From contig CAZCGY010000003.1 of NCBI GenBank assembly GCA_964498355.1, positions 1,529-34,169 on the forward strand: a DNA stretch of 32,641 nt, read 5' to 3'. The stretch is from an uncultured Gammaproteobacteria bacterium. GTDB taxonomy: Bacteria; Patescibacteriota; Patescibacteriia; CAZCGY01. How positions within the stretch are numbered: position 1 is the stretch's first letter; each line of letters opens with the position of its first letter. Positions 32,273 to 32,641 of the stretch are shown one piece after another. Made by a program: the position numbers and the translations under genes. A model generated the notes under the pieces. The model searched no databases. It was not told where the DNA came from and saw only the letters and a list, made by a program, of their open reading frames with translations.

Positions 32273-32641
32273 TCAGTTTGTTCGAGAGGAAGCTGCCGCG
32301 GCCAGAAATGCCTTGAACAGCGGATGCGGCTTCATCGGCCTGGAGAGAAACTCAGGATGAAACTGCGTGCCGACAAAGAATGGGTGGTTGCTCAACTCCA
32401 CAATTTCGACGAGATTGCTTTCAGGATTCACCCCCGAGACTCGTAACCCTGCCTTCTCAAGCCGATCCCGGTAGACGTTATTGTACTCATATCTGTGCCG
32501 ATGACGTTCGAAAACCACTCGGACATGATAGAACTCGGCGGTGCGCGTTCTGGCAACAATCTTGCACCGATAGTTCCCAAGACGCATCGTACCGCCGTAG
32601 GCCTTGAGACGCAAGCGCTCCTTTTGTTCTTCCATGAGCGC
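32273..32641 (-). CDS. pyrG: CTP synthase, C-terminal glutamine amidotransferase part (5' end outside window)
   Basis: [27 protein letters not shown] and HPLFKAFL motifs. Frame is open to the window edge. Confidence 0.93.
   Translation of the reverse strand, partial: ALMEEQKERLRLKAYGGTMRLGNYRCKIVARTRTAEFYHVRVVFERHRHRYEYNNVYRDRLEKAGLRVSGVNPESNLVEIVELSNHPFFVGTQFHPEFLSRPMKPHPLFKAFLAAAASSRTN

Noticed and set aside
1-32641. CRISPR arrays, tRNA/rRNA genes, transposases, integrases, toxin-antitoxin pairs
   Set aside because: I scanned intergenic regions for T-loop motifs (GTTCGAATC-like), regularly spaced repeats and small paired ORFs and found none that I can support.

Overview
Compact, moderately GC-rich bacterial chromosomal segment under the standard genetic code (many genes end in TGA). 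I call about 43 CDS, and many are joined by 4-nt ATGA/GTGA start-stop overlaps. Most of the window is housekeeping: four aminoacyl-tRNA synthetases (proS, lysS, serS, gltX), mreB-mreC-mreD-PBP2, greA, alr, an FtsQ-like protein, an M23 peptidase, a WecB/TagA transferase, priA-def-fmt, a processive-type GT2 synthase, clpB, tdk, a Y-family polymerase, dtd and the 3' end of pyrG. I found no rRNA, tRNA, CRISPR array, transposase or integrase. A minimal ProRS, a motif-degenerate PriA and an FG-GAP surface protein suggest a reduced-genome uncultivated lineage (CPR/Patescibacteria-like), but this is inference only. The less ordinary content lies at 24.8-31.4 kb. (1) A perfect CIRCE operator sits directly behind a TTGACA-N17-TACCAT promoter upstream of clpB. 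(2) A leaderless 62-aa ORF consists only of a signal-like N-terminus and a sorting-signal-like tail. (3) An unrecognised 82-aa ORF precedes a Y-family polymerase, and a perfect 22-bp palindrome covers its transcription start, SD and start codon. (4) A decayed second copy of the dtd 3' end lies 1.3 kb from the intact dtd. The two copies bracket a block of three small genes (78-aa protein, 53-aa Cys/His-rich protein, 171-aa membrane protein), which looks like an insertion into the dtd 3' end. Elsewhere, PriA lacks Walker A and motif VI, ProRS has a Cys4 knuckle in place of the INS editing domain, and a 265-bp gene-free convergent spacer carries a CIRCE-like inverted repeat with the wrong spacing. 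All family assignments come from reading motifs by eye; no database search was possible.
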